The notes under the pieces are model-generated. The model saw only the letters and a list, made by a program, of their open reading frames with translations, ran no database searches and was not told where the DNA came from. Below, piece after piece: positions 40,980 to 51,600 of a stretch of 64,000 nt of DNA; position 1 is the first letter of the stretch, and each line of letters opens with the position of its first letter. Made by a program: the position numbers and the translations under genes. Location: contig JAQURD010000002.1 in assembly GCA_028749115.1 (NCBI GenBank), forward strand, positions 145,402 through 209,401. The letters run 5' to 3'. The DNA comes from Acidobacteriota bacterium (lineage in GTDB: Bacteria; Acidobacteriota; Aminicenantia; Aminicenantales; Saccharicenantaceae).

Positions 40980-42176
40980 CTAAAGATCATTAACTCTCAC
41001 CCTGCCAGTCAATAAGTCTTCCATCAGCCCTCTTTTTATCCGCTCTAATTTTGCTTTATAAGCCTCTTCCTTTTCAATAACTTCATCTGCCTGAGAAAGA
41101 ATTCTAGCGATATGTCGTTGCTCATACGCAGAAGGGACAGAAATTTCTAGGTTAGAAAACTCTGAAATCCAGAAACGCTTATGTTCACTACCTGGATTAT
41201 AATTCAACAACTGTATCATATTATAAAGGAAAAACAAGCTGTTCCTATCATCTTTTAACCTCAATAGCTTTAATGCTGATGATTTCACTTTGAATACAAA
41301 AGAGATATATCTGCTACCTGTAGTAAAATCATCAAAGATAATAACTGGAATATTTTTAAAAACGCCGTCTTCTTCATTCGTATATCCCAGAATAAATGTC
41401 TTTCCTGCTGTTAAAACTGGAACGCCGAAACGTTCATCATAGTTTTCAGTTTTTACAATATATTTAGTTGGCTGTTCATACTGCAAAAGCTCTCCTAACT
41501 TTTTTATCTTCCACTCCTCTGGAATTCTGCCGAGGGGGGAATCTTTGAATTTGTGCGTTTTTTCACTTCTTATATGTCCATTTTCATCAATGCCTTTTGT
41601 CAACAATTCTTGCATTAAGCCTTGTTTTAGGCGATTATACTTCTCAATAAGGGCATCGGTTTTATCTATTGCATTATCAACCGTTTCAAGAATTTCAGCT
41701 ATTTTGCGCTGCTCAGAGCTGGATGGAAGAGCGATATATAAATTAGAGAATTCTGAAATCCAGAAACGCTTATGCTCACTACCCGGTCTAAAATTCAGAA
41801 ATTGCATTGTGGCATAAAGGCAATATAAATTATTCTTATTGTTCCTTAGCCTCAAGATTTTTAAGGCCGATGATTTCACTTTGAAAGGAAAGGTGATATA
41901 TCTACTTTCTGTAGTAAAATCGTCAAAAATAATAACAGGGATGTCTTTAAAAACCGATTTATCTTCATCTGTATATCCTAAGATAAATGTTTTCCCCGCG
42001 GTTAAGACTGGAATGCCAAACTGTTCATCGTAATTTTCACTTTTGACGATATAATTGGTCGCCTGCTCATATTTTATGACTTCGCTCAACTTTACTTTCT
42101 GCCACCCTTCTGGCAAGTAATTCATTTCTTCATTCTTAAATATCGTGATTTGTTTCATATGAAAATAACTTATCAC
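40980..42176 (-). CDS. hsdS: type I restriction-modification specificity subunit with two near-identical target-recognition domains
   Basis: Two roughly 170-aa TRDs (KLSEVIKYEQATNYIVKSENYDEQFGIPVLTAGKTFILGYT... vs KLGELLQYEQPTKYIVKTENYDERFGVPVLTAGKTFILGYT...) separated and followed by the conserved coiled-coil spacers. Confidence 0.85.
   Translation of the reverse strand: MISYFHMKQITIFKNEEMNYLPEGWQKVKLSEVIKYEQATNYIVKSENYDEQFGIPVLTAGKTFILGYTDEDKSVFKDIPVIIFDDFTTESRYITFPFKVKSSALKILRLRNNKNNLYCLYATMQFLNFRPGSEHKRFWISEFSNLYIALPSSSEQRKIAEILETVDNAIDKTDALIEKYNRLKQGLMQELLTKGIDENGHIRSEKTHKFKDSPLGRIPEEWKIKKLGELLQYEQPTKYIVKTENYDERFGVPVLTAGKTFILGYTNEEDGVFKNIPVIIFDDFTTGSRYISFVFKVKSSALKLLRLKDDRNSLFFLYNMIQLLNYNPGSEHKRFWISEFSNLEISVPSAYEQRHIARILSQADEVIEKEEAYKAKLERIKRGLMEDLLTGRVRVNDL
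41021..42101. repeat. internal direct duplication (about 500 bp x2, roughly 75% nt identity) encoding the two TRDs of hsdS
   Basis: Protein-level near-identity of the two halves; DNA copies at about 41606-42101 and 41021-41531. Confidence 0.6.
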
Positions 42177-42187
42177 CCCTCCCCACG

Positions 42188-44740
42188 TTAAAACTCTTGA
42201 TAAAAGCCTAACTTTTTTAAAAACTCGTCGAGCTTTCCTACTTCTTCATCCCTTGCAGCTCTTAGCTCAAGCAAAGATATTTTATATTTGTCCCACAGGT
42301 TTTCAAAAATCTTAATTATTCCTTTTTTCTCTGCGTTTAAATATCTATGGAGTTGATCAGCCAGAAGTTTGTAAAATTTTTCAAGAATCAAAGTTTCCGC
42401 TTCTTCATCTGTCAGCGAATTTCTTTTTTGATCAATCTTGCCTTCTTTTATCTTAATTAATTCTTTAGTGTCCTTATCTTGTTTATAAATACCTTCTAAT
42501 TCTTGGGTCTTTTGTTTAAGTTTCTTTTTCCAATCGTTTAAAGTCTTATTTTTGCTGCTTATCTTTTCGTGCAGTTCCCACAACTCATTTATCGTTTTCC
42601 TTGCTAAATCCGATATCGGATCGCCGTTGAACTTGGTTACTGAAGAAACTAAAGATTTGTTCCATTTTTGCTTTGACGGTACAAGAAGGATATCTTTTAT
42701 CTGCTCTTCCAAATAATCCATAACTCTATTAGCAGTTTTATCTCCTTGGCTCTCTTCATCCCAGTCATCTATCTCTTCTAAAAGTTCGCCTAGTTCCTCT
42801 TCAATTTTAGCTATCTTTGTTTCCAGGCCATCTATTTCTTCAGCTTCTTCTTTAAAATAATTTTGCTTGATCATGTCATCATCTATCAAGTTTTTGCTCC
42901 AACCGGCAGAGGTAATGGTTTTAAAGTCATATTTTAAATTTTCCCACCAGTTAGCAAACAAGCCAGAAACCTTGAACTCATCGAGTGCACCGAGCTGGAT
43001 CATTTTGTCCTTAAGAAGGTTCATGGCCATGTCTCTAAAGGCCCAAAGGTTATTGTTACCCTGACACTTTTCAATTTCAGGCTTAATTTCGTTCCAGAAT
43101 TCAGATAGGCAATTTAAATACTTGTTAAATGTGTCCTTTAGGCCTTCTGAAGACTCAACAACATCTCTTATCTTGTTCTTATCATCAATCTCAGACTTGA
43201 ATCGCCACCTACCTTGCGATACTGGTTCAAGAATAAGTTCGGGTGATATAGAAAGCTTTTTAAAGCTTTCAGCTTGACTATATACTTCTTCTTCCGGTAC
43301 CCAGCCCTCAATATGGGCTTTAACATTTTCTGGCTCAGGATCTGGGGAATTGTCTACATATCGTCGAATGTTAAGATTAAAATCGTTTTCTTCAATCTCC
43401 TTAATATCCACAAGTTTTGAATACTTTTCTATTTCTTTTTTCCCCTCGAAAACAGTTACAATCTTCTCAATATCTTCAGGTCTAAGAAAGTTCTGGTTTC
43501 TGCCTTCACCATACTCTCTATCAGCATTGATAAAAAGAATTTTATTTCTTAGATTCTCTGGTTTATTTTTGTTGATAACAATTATGCAAGCTGGAATGCC
43601 CACATTGTAGAAAAGCTTGGCTGGTAAACCAATAATAGCTTCGATGAGGTCATCCCTAACTATGCCCTCCCTTATGACCTTTTCGTGACCTCCCCTGAAA
43701 AGAACTCCATGAGGCATAACACTGGCCATGATTCCTTTTTCTTTCAAACTGGCTATCATGTGCTGAAGGAACATCAGATCCGCTTTTTTCCCTTTTTCAG
43801 GTGTAAATCCATATTTAAATCTGCTTTCATATTCCATATTGGCCCTGGAATAATTCAAAGAGAAAGGAGGGTTCGCCAGCACTCTGTCGAACTGTTTTAT
43901 ATATCCATTTTCTATAAAACGCGGATTGACCAGTGTATCTTCGTTCTCGATGTGGGCATCGGGAATGTCATGCAGAATCATATTCATCTTGCAAATTGAC
44001 CAGGTCACTGGATTTGATTCCTGCCCATATAATGCTATGTTCCTTGGATTTTGCCCTTGGCCTTCTACATATTGTCTAGATTCGATAAGAAAGCCGCCTG
44101 AACCTACCGTTGGGTCATATATGGTCATCCCTTCCTCTGGTTTAATCAGTCTAACCATTAATCTTTTCACCTGCGGGGGAGTGTAGAATTCGCCTCCCTT
44201 TTTTCCGGCAGAGTCAGCAAAATCCTTCAGTAGATATTCGTAAGCAGCTCCTAAGAGGTCAGGAAACTCAAAATCATCATTAGTAAGTCTATACTTATTA
44301 AAATGATGGATTAGGTCAATAAGCTGCTGGTCTTTGAGCTTGGTTCTTCCCTTTTTTACATTGAAATCTATATGCTTTAAAACTCCGTCGAGCTCTGGGT
44401 TGACCTCTTCGACTGCAGCGAGGGCTTTGTTTAGCTCGTTGCCGACATCCACCTTAAGGTTAAGTATTGTTTCCCATCTTGCACGTTGCGGCACAAAGAA
44501 TGCATCGCCATAAATATTTTGGTCTTCAATAATTTCTTCGAGCTCTTTGCCAGCATAGCCTTTTGACTCATATTCTTGTTTAAGTTCCTGTTGCTTTACA
44601 GTAAATACGTCTGAGACTCGCTTTAAGAATAACATGCCAAAGATGTATTCCTTATATTCGGAGGCATCCATCTTGCCCCTGAGAATGTCAGCTGCTTTAA
44701 ATAGATGTGTTTCTAACTGGCGGAGTGTCAGCTTAGGCAT
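42188..44740 (-). CDS. hsdM: type I restriction-modification DNA methyltransferase subunit (N6-adenine) with long C-terminal coiled-coil extension
   Basis: HsdM N-terminal domain; SAM-binding [10 protein letters not shown]; catalytic NPPF ([10 protein letters not shown]); 850 aa including roughly 330 extra K/E-rich residues. Confidence 0.9.
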   Translation of the reverse strand: MPKLTLRQLETHLFKAADILRGKMDASEYKEYIFGMLFLKRVSDVFTVKQQELKQEYESKGYAGKELEEIIEDQNIYGDAFFVPQRARWETILNLKVDVGNELNKALAAVEEVNPELDGVLKHIDFNVKKGRTKLKDQQLIDLIHHFNKYRLTNDDFEFPDLLGAAYEYLLKDFADSAGKKGGEFYTPPQVKRLMVRLIKPEEGMTIYDPTVGSGGFLIESRQYVEGQGQNPRNIALYGQESNPVTWSICKMNMILHDIPDAHIENEDTLVNPRFIENGYIKQFDRVLANPPFSLNYSRANMEYESRFKYGFTPEKGKKADLMFLQHMIASLKEKGIMASVMPHGVLFRGGHEKVIREGIVRDDLIEAIIGLPAKLFYNVGIPACIIVINKNKPENLRNKILFINADREYGEGRNQNFLRPEDIEKIVTVFEGKKEIEKYSKLVDIKEIEENDFNLNIRRYVDNSPDPEPENVKAHIEGWVPEEEVYSQAESFKKLSISPELILEPVSQGRWRFKSEIDDKNKIRDVVESSEGLKDTFNKYLNCLSEFWNEIKPEIEKCQGNNNLWAFRDMAMNLLKDKMIQLGALDEFKVSGLFANWWENLKYDFKTITSAGWSKNLIDDDMIKQNYFKEEAEEIDGLETKIAKIEEELGELLEEIDDWDEESQGDKTANRVMDYLEEQIKDILLVPSKQKWNKSLVSSVTKFNGDPISDLARKTINELWELHEKISSKNKTLNDWKKKLKQKTQELEGIYKQDKDTKELIKIKEGKIDQKRNSLTDEEAETLILEKFYKLLADQLHRYLNAEKKGIIKIFENLWDKYKISLLELRAARDEEVGKLDEFLKKLGFYQEF

Positions 44741-44795
44741 AGGTCTCTTCTCCCTCTATATTTATGCATTTATATTTATGATTATATAATAATCG

Positions 44796-44990
44796 CTATT
44801 TAATCTCTCCATCTGATGAAAACATATTTTTCTTAACTAAAAATTCAGATAAAGACTCAGGAGATTCCAAAAGAATCGGCTCTCCAAATTCTGTATTCTT
44901 GCTATGATAAATCGGAAAAAGCACTTTGATACCTTTATTGCATTCAATGTTTTCTACCACTTGGGATTGATGGCCTTTTAGAGTGTCCAT
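44796..44990 (-). CDS. small hypothetical protein (64 aa) between the upstream module and hsdM
   Basis: ORF co-oriented and tightly spaced with its neighbours; no motif. Confidence 0.3.
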   Translation of the reverse strand: MDTLKGHQSQVVENIECNKGIKVLFPIYHSKNTEFGEPILLESPESLSEFLVKKNMFSSDGEIK

Positions 44991-45029
44991 ATTTTGCCCC
45001 TTCGCAAAAAGATATTACCGTTATCCTAT

Positions 45030-45695
45030 TCAACCCTCGAGGACCCGCCCTCCTTTATCAACCCAATAAATTTTAAAGGGCAATAACTTTTTTCTGAACC
45101 ACTCCACTTTCATTAATAGATTTTTGTAGGTGGTAAATCCAGCAGGAAGGGCAATACCAAAATCTACTTCTTGAGACCTGTCACCCCAGAAAATCAGGTC
45201 GAATATCGCTTCTGCGAAATAATGCCTAGCCTGAGCATGCCTGCCCGTCTCTGGATATCCTTTCACGCTAATCCATATGTTCCTTCCCCTTGGATCCTGG
45301 GCGATAACATCTATTCCTTGAGAGCGGGTGGCCGTATCAGAAAAGCTTATTATTTTATATCCCTCTCTTTTTAGCCAGTTGGTCAATTTCACTTGAATAT
45401 TTCCTTCCCAAAACCATGGCTTAGCAAAAGCGTTTTTTTCTCGCTCTGTAGAAATTTTATTTTTCGGCTCAACAAGATAAGAGGAGCCCAGATTTAATTT
45501 GTTTACCTTCTTATTCTTCAGGCAACTACAGCAAAGAGCTTTAGGCCGTAAAATCTTACCTTTCATAGCCAGAGAACGGCATACGGAATTTACTTGCTGT
45601 CTTGGGCCAATTCCGCTTTCTCTTGAAAGACAATCATCACAATAGCCTTCATTATTTTGGCTCAAAAATTCAAGTATTTTTTCTATATTGGTCAT
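45030..45695 (-). CDS. hypothetical protein (221 aa), Cys-rich N-terminus, possible nuclease-like C-terminus
   Basis: 13-bp gap to the upstream gene; N-terminal CDDC ... CCSC cluster; C-terminal GIDVIAQD ... WISVKG weakly reminiscent of Mrr/PD-(D/E)xK folds. Confidence 0.45.
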   Translation of the reverse strand: MTNIEKILEFLSQNNEGYCDDCLSRESGIGPRQQVNSVCRSLAMKGKILRPKALCCSCLKNKKVNKLNLGSSYLVEPKNKISTEREKNAFAKPWFWEGNIQVKLTNWLKREGYKIISFSDTATRSQGIDVIAQDPRGRNIWISVKGYPETGRHAQARHYFAEAIFDLIFWGDRSQEVDFGIALPAGFTTYKNLLMKVEWFRKKLLPFKIYWVDKGGRVLEG

Positions 45696-45708
45696 GTGTC
45701 ATAGCTTC

Positions 45709-46935
45709 TTATTCAAGTATTTTTTTTAAGATCTCAAAAACTTGATTTTCTCTGTTCCTGGTTACCCTTATAGAAACATCCTGGCTGTGACAAACCTTTC
45801 CGGGCCCAATAATTCTTGCACTTATATATCCGCACCCCTCAACAGGCACTAGAAGACGGAAGCGAAATTTTGAAGAACTGCTCCCTTCTAACATTCTCTT
45901 TTCAAAAAACACTTCTAGGACATCGGGACATCGGCTGAATTCTCTTATAACCTGTCTCATTTCAGGCGGGAGATCATTAATGTTTTCGATCCGCCTCTCA
46001 AATATCGTATTGTCCCCCTTTGAAGTGATTCTTATATCCCTGGGATAATCTAGAAGAACTATTTCCTGTGATTTAATTAAAGGTTCTTTTTGGAATTCCT
46101 GAGACCTTTTATTCTCGCTCAGCTCATTTTTTTTCTTTTTTGGCTCATCCTTAGGATACCCCGCAGGCGGGAAAGGCTTATTAGTAAGTAATACCTTATC
46201 ACGCTCTAAAAAAAACACCTTTTCTGGCTCTATAAGTCTAATTTTTGACTCTTCATTTCCAAGAATATGATCACGGGCCAGTTCACCCAGAGTAGAGAGT
46301 ATTGTGGCTCCTGCATACTGTTCTCCGAACACATGAAGCACCTCAACCTTAGAAGAAATGCGATCCCAGTTTAGAAGGCTGCGGTAGGCTTCCTGGCCGG
46401 TTAAATCAAATAACCTGACAATCTCAAATTGTCCTATATAAGAAAGCATTATTGACGTTAAGAACTCATCTTTAGCCCATATCGCCGTTATATCAGGATG
46501 ATCTTCAATATCACAACTATAAACCTGAATAAGCTCTTCAGGTAAAAGCATTCCATAAAGTGCTGAAATTATCAGAATATGGTGTGGTGCCTCTTCAAGA
46601 ATCCGATCATTTTTCTCCTTGACCGCGGTATAAAATCTTCCAGCATAACGGCTGGCCGCAGACATATAAATTCCGGGCTTTGCTGATCTGCCTCCAAAAT
46701 CCGGGCCTGGAAAAAGTCTCGCATTGAATTGCATCTCCTTGAGATTCAGACCATCCCGACTCAAGGAACCGCTTTTAATAATCTCGAGAACTCTCAATCT
46801 TCTTCTTATGAGTTCACCAGCTATATTAAATGAGATGACCTTCGATATCGAAGGCGCTTCCTTATCATAATCATATTCCCCTTGAACTTTCTGATTTGAA
46901 CAAACCGTGACAATGAGTATATGGCTTTTATTCAT
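45709..46935 (-). CDS. YaaA/DUF328-like domain protein with about 200-aa C-terminal extension
   Basis: N-terminal 170 aa aligns with E. coli YaaA signature blocks: ILIVTVCSNQK ~ LILISPAKT; YAGRFYTAV ~ FKGDVYTGL; HILIISALYGMLLPEELIQVYSCDIE ~ [25 protein letters not shown]. Confidence 0.5.
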   Translation of the reverse strand: MNKSHILIVTVCSNQKVQGEYDYDKEAPSISKVISFNIAGELIRRRLRVLEIIKSGSLSRDGLNLKEMQFNARLFPGPDFGGRSAKPGIYMSAASRYAGRFYTAVKEKNDRILEEAPHHILIISALYGMLLPEELIQVYSCDIEDHPDITAIWAKDEFLTSIMLSYIGQFEIVRLFDLTGQEAYRSLLNWDRISSKVEVLHVFGEQYAGATILSTLGELARDHILGNEESKIRLIEPEKVFFLERDKVLLTNKPFPPAGYPKDEPKKKKNELSENKRSQEFQKEPLIKSQEIVLLDYPRDIRITSKGDNTIFERRIENINDLPPEMRQVIREFSRCPDVLEVFFEKRMLEGSSSSKFRFRLLVPVEGCGYISARIIGPGKVCHSQDVSIRVTRNRENQVFEILKKILE

Positions 46936-47386
46936 ATGTTATCGATCCATTAATTGACCTAAGCTTTCATGCTTCTTTTAATAATTAGGCAAAGAAATCA
47001 GGTCCCGGCACCACCGCCTTTATATAAAATAATTTTTCTCGACCCGAAAATCCTCTTCTGAGGTGATTTTTGGGGCGAAAGTTAACCTTTCTTGTTGCCA
47101 TTACTTTCCTAAAAACGGGCCTTTTTTCTTCCTTGAAGAGTAAAACCTCGAACTCAATTGCCCTTCCATTTATCATTAAGATAATAGGATAGAAAACCGA
47201 TTTTAGTCAACCAGGACCATTTTTATCCAATTTGAGATATAGTAACCAAGAAACACCGGCTATTGATAGGGAACGCCTTCGTTCTGTTGCCAGCTATCAA
47301 TAAGAATAGAAATCTATGAAGTTAAGAGATTTGTAATTCGAAAGATGACTTTAGTATGGAATAGCCTTTTATGTTTTGATCTATTT

Positions 47387-47872
47387 TTACATCTCTTTTC
47401 TCTTTAGTGCTTTTTCTATTCCCTTCATTTCTTTACTGTGTTCCCGCATTATTTCTTTAAGTATACGATTAATATCTGCATCCCGAGGCACTTTCCCTTT
47501 TACTCGCGCCCCCGGTACCCTAACCAAATGGGTAACAAGGGTTTCTATATCTCTTAAATAATCGACTCGCTTTATCCTGAAAATGACAAAACTATCCCAT
47601 TTCCCGGCATGGCGATCTTTCAAATGCCAGTTAATACGCCTAAATAGGTCAGTGGTCAATCCAACATAATATAATTTATCCTTGCGATAAAGGGCATAGA
47701 TTTCTGAATATCCTTTCATTATTTCCTTAAGCCGCTTTTTAAATACTGGATTGCCAAAAATACTATAGGGAAGCTTCTTTGACATGCCTTTAATCAAGGC
47801 ACCCTTAGTCGTCTTTTTTTTGCTTTTCGGTATAGTTCCCTTGCCAACTTTTTTCCCATTTCGTTCATTCAT
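47387..47872 (-). CDS. GIY-YIG nuclease family protein with Lys-rich N-terminal tail
   Basis: GYSEIYALYRKDKLYYVGLTTDLFRRINWH matches GIY-(x10)-YVG with downstream Arg/His; alternative start at Met52 (47719) would give a canonical roughly 110-aa GIY-YIG protein. Confidence 0.65.
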   Translation of the reverse strand: MNERNGKKVGKGTIPKSKKKTTKGALIKGMSKKLPYSIFGNPVFKKRLKEIMKGYSEIYALYRKDKLYYVGLTTDLFRRINWHLKDRHAGKWDSFVIFRIKRVDYLRDIETLVTHLVRVPGARVKGKVPRDADINRILKEIMREHSKEMKGIEKALKRKEM

Positions 47873-48611
47873 TTTTGTTCTCCCCCAATAATATTATTTC
47901 TGATGCAGAATAGTTATTCTAAAGAATCTTCAATCAGTCTCGGAACATCCAAACACGTCATGAACGCATTAAACCATAAAGTAGAGAAACTCACGCTCTT
48001 CGCGCCTTTAATATGCAAATTTCTGAATTAGCATGCATTTGAGAATACCCAACTTCGAGTAGCGCCTTAAGATGTTCATCGTTTTGATTTCAAGACTAAC
48101 ACTGACCATCCTTTTTAGGTAGCACACCCATGCCGATCTTTATAAATATTCAATATTCCTGGGGGGCTCTGTCAAGTTTTTTGCATGGTTTGGCTATTGC
48201 AAGCACTTGGTTTTTCATCTTGGTAGATTGCCCAGCCTCATTTTGCTATAATCTCACGACCAGTTTATCTCCATTAAACATAGAATATTTATTGGTCCAA
48301 TTACAGTCTCATTTAATAAAAAGGAATTTCTTAAAAGTTTGCTAAGGCCCGACACTAAGATAATATTTAATAGCGGCATACTCCTGGCTCTCAAATTTGG
48401 AGCAAACTCAAGACAGATTTGAACATCAGCTATGAATTGCATAAGATATTAACCAGAGAAGAAAGGGAAATGGAAGAAAGAAATTTGGCCACCTTTCCTT
48501 ATAACATTGTCAACTCAAGCCAATCTTTAAGCAAAATCGGGTCTTCCTTCTGGCCATCATGACACCCATTTGGGACAAATCTTGACCCTTACTATCCGAC
48601 GCAGCGTCTGT

Positions 48612-51600
48612 TCAAGTTGGATCGTCATCATCTATGTTTGAACACTTTTGAATTTTTTCAATAACAGAGGTTATCAAAGAATTAATATAGCTTTTTATTG
48701 TCCCTGGCGGACATTTATCATACATCCTTTCTAATGATTCTTTTTTATGTGCCAGGTCAGATGAAATTTGCCAAGTTGCAGATGGACTACCAAAGAAAAC
48801 TTGTTGAGCAAGAACATGTTTTATCTCATCGAAGAGGCCAACTTTTTCAGTAGCTATTAAATATTCTAAGTATAAATCAGTTGTACCATTGCTAAAAGGC
48901 ACGCTACATAATGCATTGGCAGCAATTCTTAAATTCCCAACATCTCCTGCTTCTACTTTCTCGCTGATATAGCCCATTAGATAATCTCTTTGTTCATTAT
49001 CAGTGGTGCAAAGATTACTAATTAATAATTCATTTGATAAAGGCGACAAAAGACCTTCGTTGGACCAAGTATTAACTTTTTCCATCAGTTTCACAAAATC
49101 TTCATATGTTCTAATCAGCCCTTTTACCGAACCGAACCCATCAAAGGGCATCGCATCATAGTCTAAAATTTTACCTCTCTTATAATATTCACTTTGCTTT
49201 TTAATGCGATAGTCAACCAGACTAATGAATTTATCTAAATCACTGTTAATCGCGAATCCTAAGAGGTTATCAGTATGGTGATCTATCTTGGGAATTTCTC
49301 TTATTATCTCAACAAGCCTTTTTCGTATCTTTTCCAAATCCTCGTCTCGCAGGTTCCAATTCTTTGCTTCTTGTATCAAAAAATCGCAAGCCTCTAAGAC
49401 TGGATGGCCTACTTCTCCTTGTAAGGATTGTTCAAGAATATAGACTATTTGATCTCTTTCTTTCTGCGGCCTATCTTTAAAAATCTGATAAGAACTGTAG
49501 AGAATACGGCTCCTGACATAATCGTCGGCCCGTTCAATAATTCTCAAAAGCCACGGCATAAATTTTGACTCAGAAACATTATGGCTAATTATAAGGTCCA
49601 ATAAGATACCAACCATTTGTGGCCGCAGGTTTTCCAAATCAGCAAGTATAGATTCAGCATATTTATCAATATATCTTTTGTCCTTATCGGAAGCAGCTTG
49701 GCAAATACCAGGATGAAATCTTTCTGGAATCTTCTCCATAAGTTTTCTGTTAGTTGCTATTTGAATAAATGCTTTTTCGTTAAATTTCGACCATGTCTCA
49801 ATCAATGGGACAGGCCCCAGCCGCGCAATTCCGTTTATTTCATTTTCTAATCTATTTAGATATCCAATTATTTCATCCTGTTGTTTGTTCTTATCAGACA
49901 ACTTTTTTACTAACACATCAAAATCTCTCTGTTGAAATGCGATGCATCGATAATAATTATCAATAAGCCATGTCCTCCTGTCTTTCCCTGGGGTCTCCTC
50001 TTCTAGTTTCTTAAAATCAGAAATAATTAGGTCGTCCACAACAAAGTATCTAAATATTAGATAATCTATTGACCTAGGAAATGCTCTTAGTATGTCTGCT
50101 GCCTTAGCACTTAAATTTGGGTGATCTTCGTTATCTTCCCAATATCTGATCAGAACATCTTCAACTGCACTAAGAAGTTGATGAGAGTCAGTAAAGTTTA
50201 TTAGTTTTTCTAACCATGTAAAGGCTTTTTCGATATCTCGAAGGATTCTATCCCAGAAGTCATCATTCTTGGAAGCCGGACGATATCCAATATAATCGAT
50301 TATTTCTATACCCATCTTTTTAATCTTGTCATTTTGATGGAATAAAAAACATTTAAGCACTTCCATTGCCTTATCTCTATATTGATCTATAGATTTTTTG
50401 AAAGAACCACTATACCGAAGGACTTTTCTCCCAATAATCAGCTGATATTCATAGCCTTCTTGGTACTCATGAGAACCTGATAGGGCTTCTTTTACGCCTT
50501 CGCTAGCTAATTCCGCTTCAAGTTCGGTACAGCTCGCCTTGTTTACCCAGCTTAAAAGTTCATTTAAAGAGTTTGTTGCGGATGTTATATTTTTTTCTAT
50601 AGGAGAGACGATATTTCTTATAAGCGTCGTCGGTTTGTAATTATGACATGTCCCTTTGAGACCTTTTTGAGCAATATAAAGAATCAACTCAAGAGTCACT
50701 TTTTCATATCCGGGAATATGAAGAATGCTATAGATAATCGGTCCATAAGAATCTTGATTAAGTCGATAGCCTTCTTCGGTGCTTGATGAATCTATATAGG
50801 CATAAGTCAAATTAATTGTCTGATCTGGAGCTAAAAAAGCCACATGGCCAGCGAGCTCAAGTCGCTTTGCTTTTTCCCAGTCATTAGTCTGCGATACCTC
50901 ATCAATCCATTTTTTTAACAGGTCCTTGACAGCTTCATTGACCAGAGTTGTTTCTTTGTATAGGGATGCATCTGCTAAATTAGCCATTAGCTGGTCAGGA
51001 CATATAGACAACCAGTTGTCCAACATAGTATGAGCTATATTTTTTTCGCTCTTTTTATCCAGCTCAATAGATAAATAAATGTCACCTTTCATATCAGGAT
51101 TGAATCTTAAAGAAGAACCGGTTTTGCGAAGGATTTTTGACTCGACGAGCCGATCCATGGCTTCATTTATTAAATCAGTTTTCAGATCCAATACAGATGC
51201 TAATTGTTCGATTATTTTATTAGCTTGTTTCTCTTTTGGAAAGGGTAAAATTGCTGATAGCTCTCTTAAGAGATTTTTTGTATCCCGTTCATTCAATAGC
51301 CCCTGGAGAGCGTTTTCGGCCTCACGATCAAGTTCATCTTTAATGCGTGTTTTTATCTCTCTTCCATCGGTTGCTCCATCTTTTATATACTTACCCGTAA
51401 CTACAATTAAGAATAGATTCCCGTTTAATTGTTTAACAATTCTTTCCGGATGATTAATTGTTTTTGAACCTGACGCAATATTCAAGATTTCTATCAAAAT
51501 CTTTTCTGGCAGTTTAGGTAATTCAAAAACCTCATAATTATAAATACTCTGCTTACAAGCTAACTCTTCTACAATTTTCAATCCTGAACTCCGGCAAGAC

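Noticed and set aside
46985-47176. 63-aa ORF on the minus strand upstream of the YaaA-like gene
   Set aside because: It has no RBS and a basic low-complexity product, and lies in a probable promoter region; not called.
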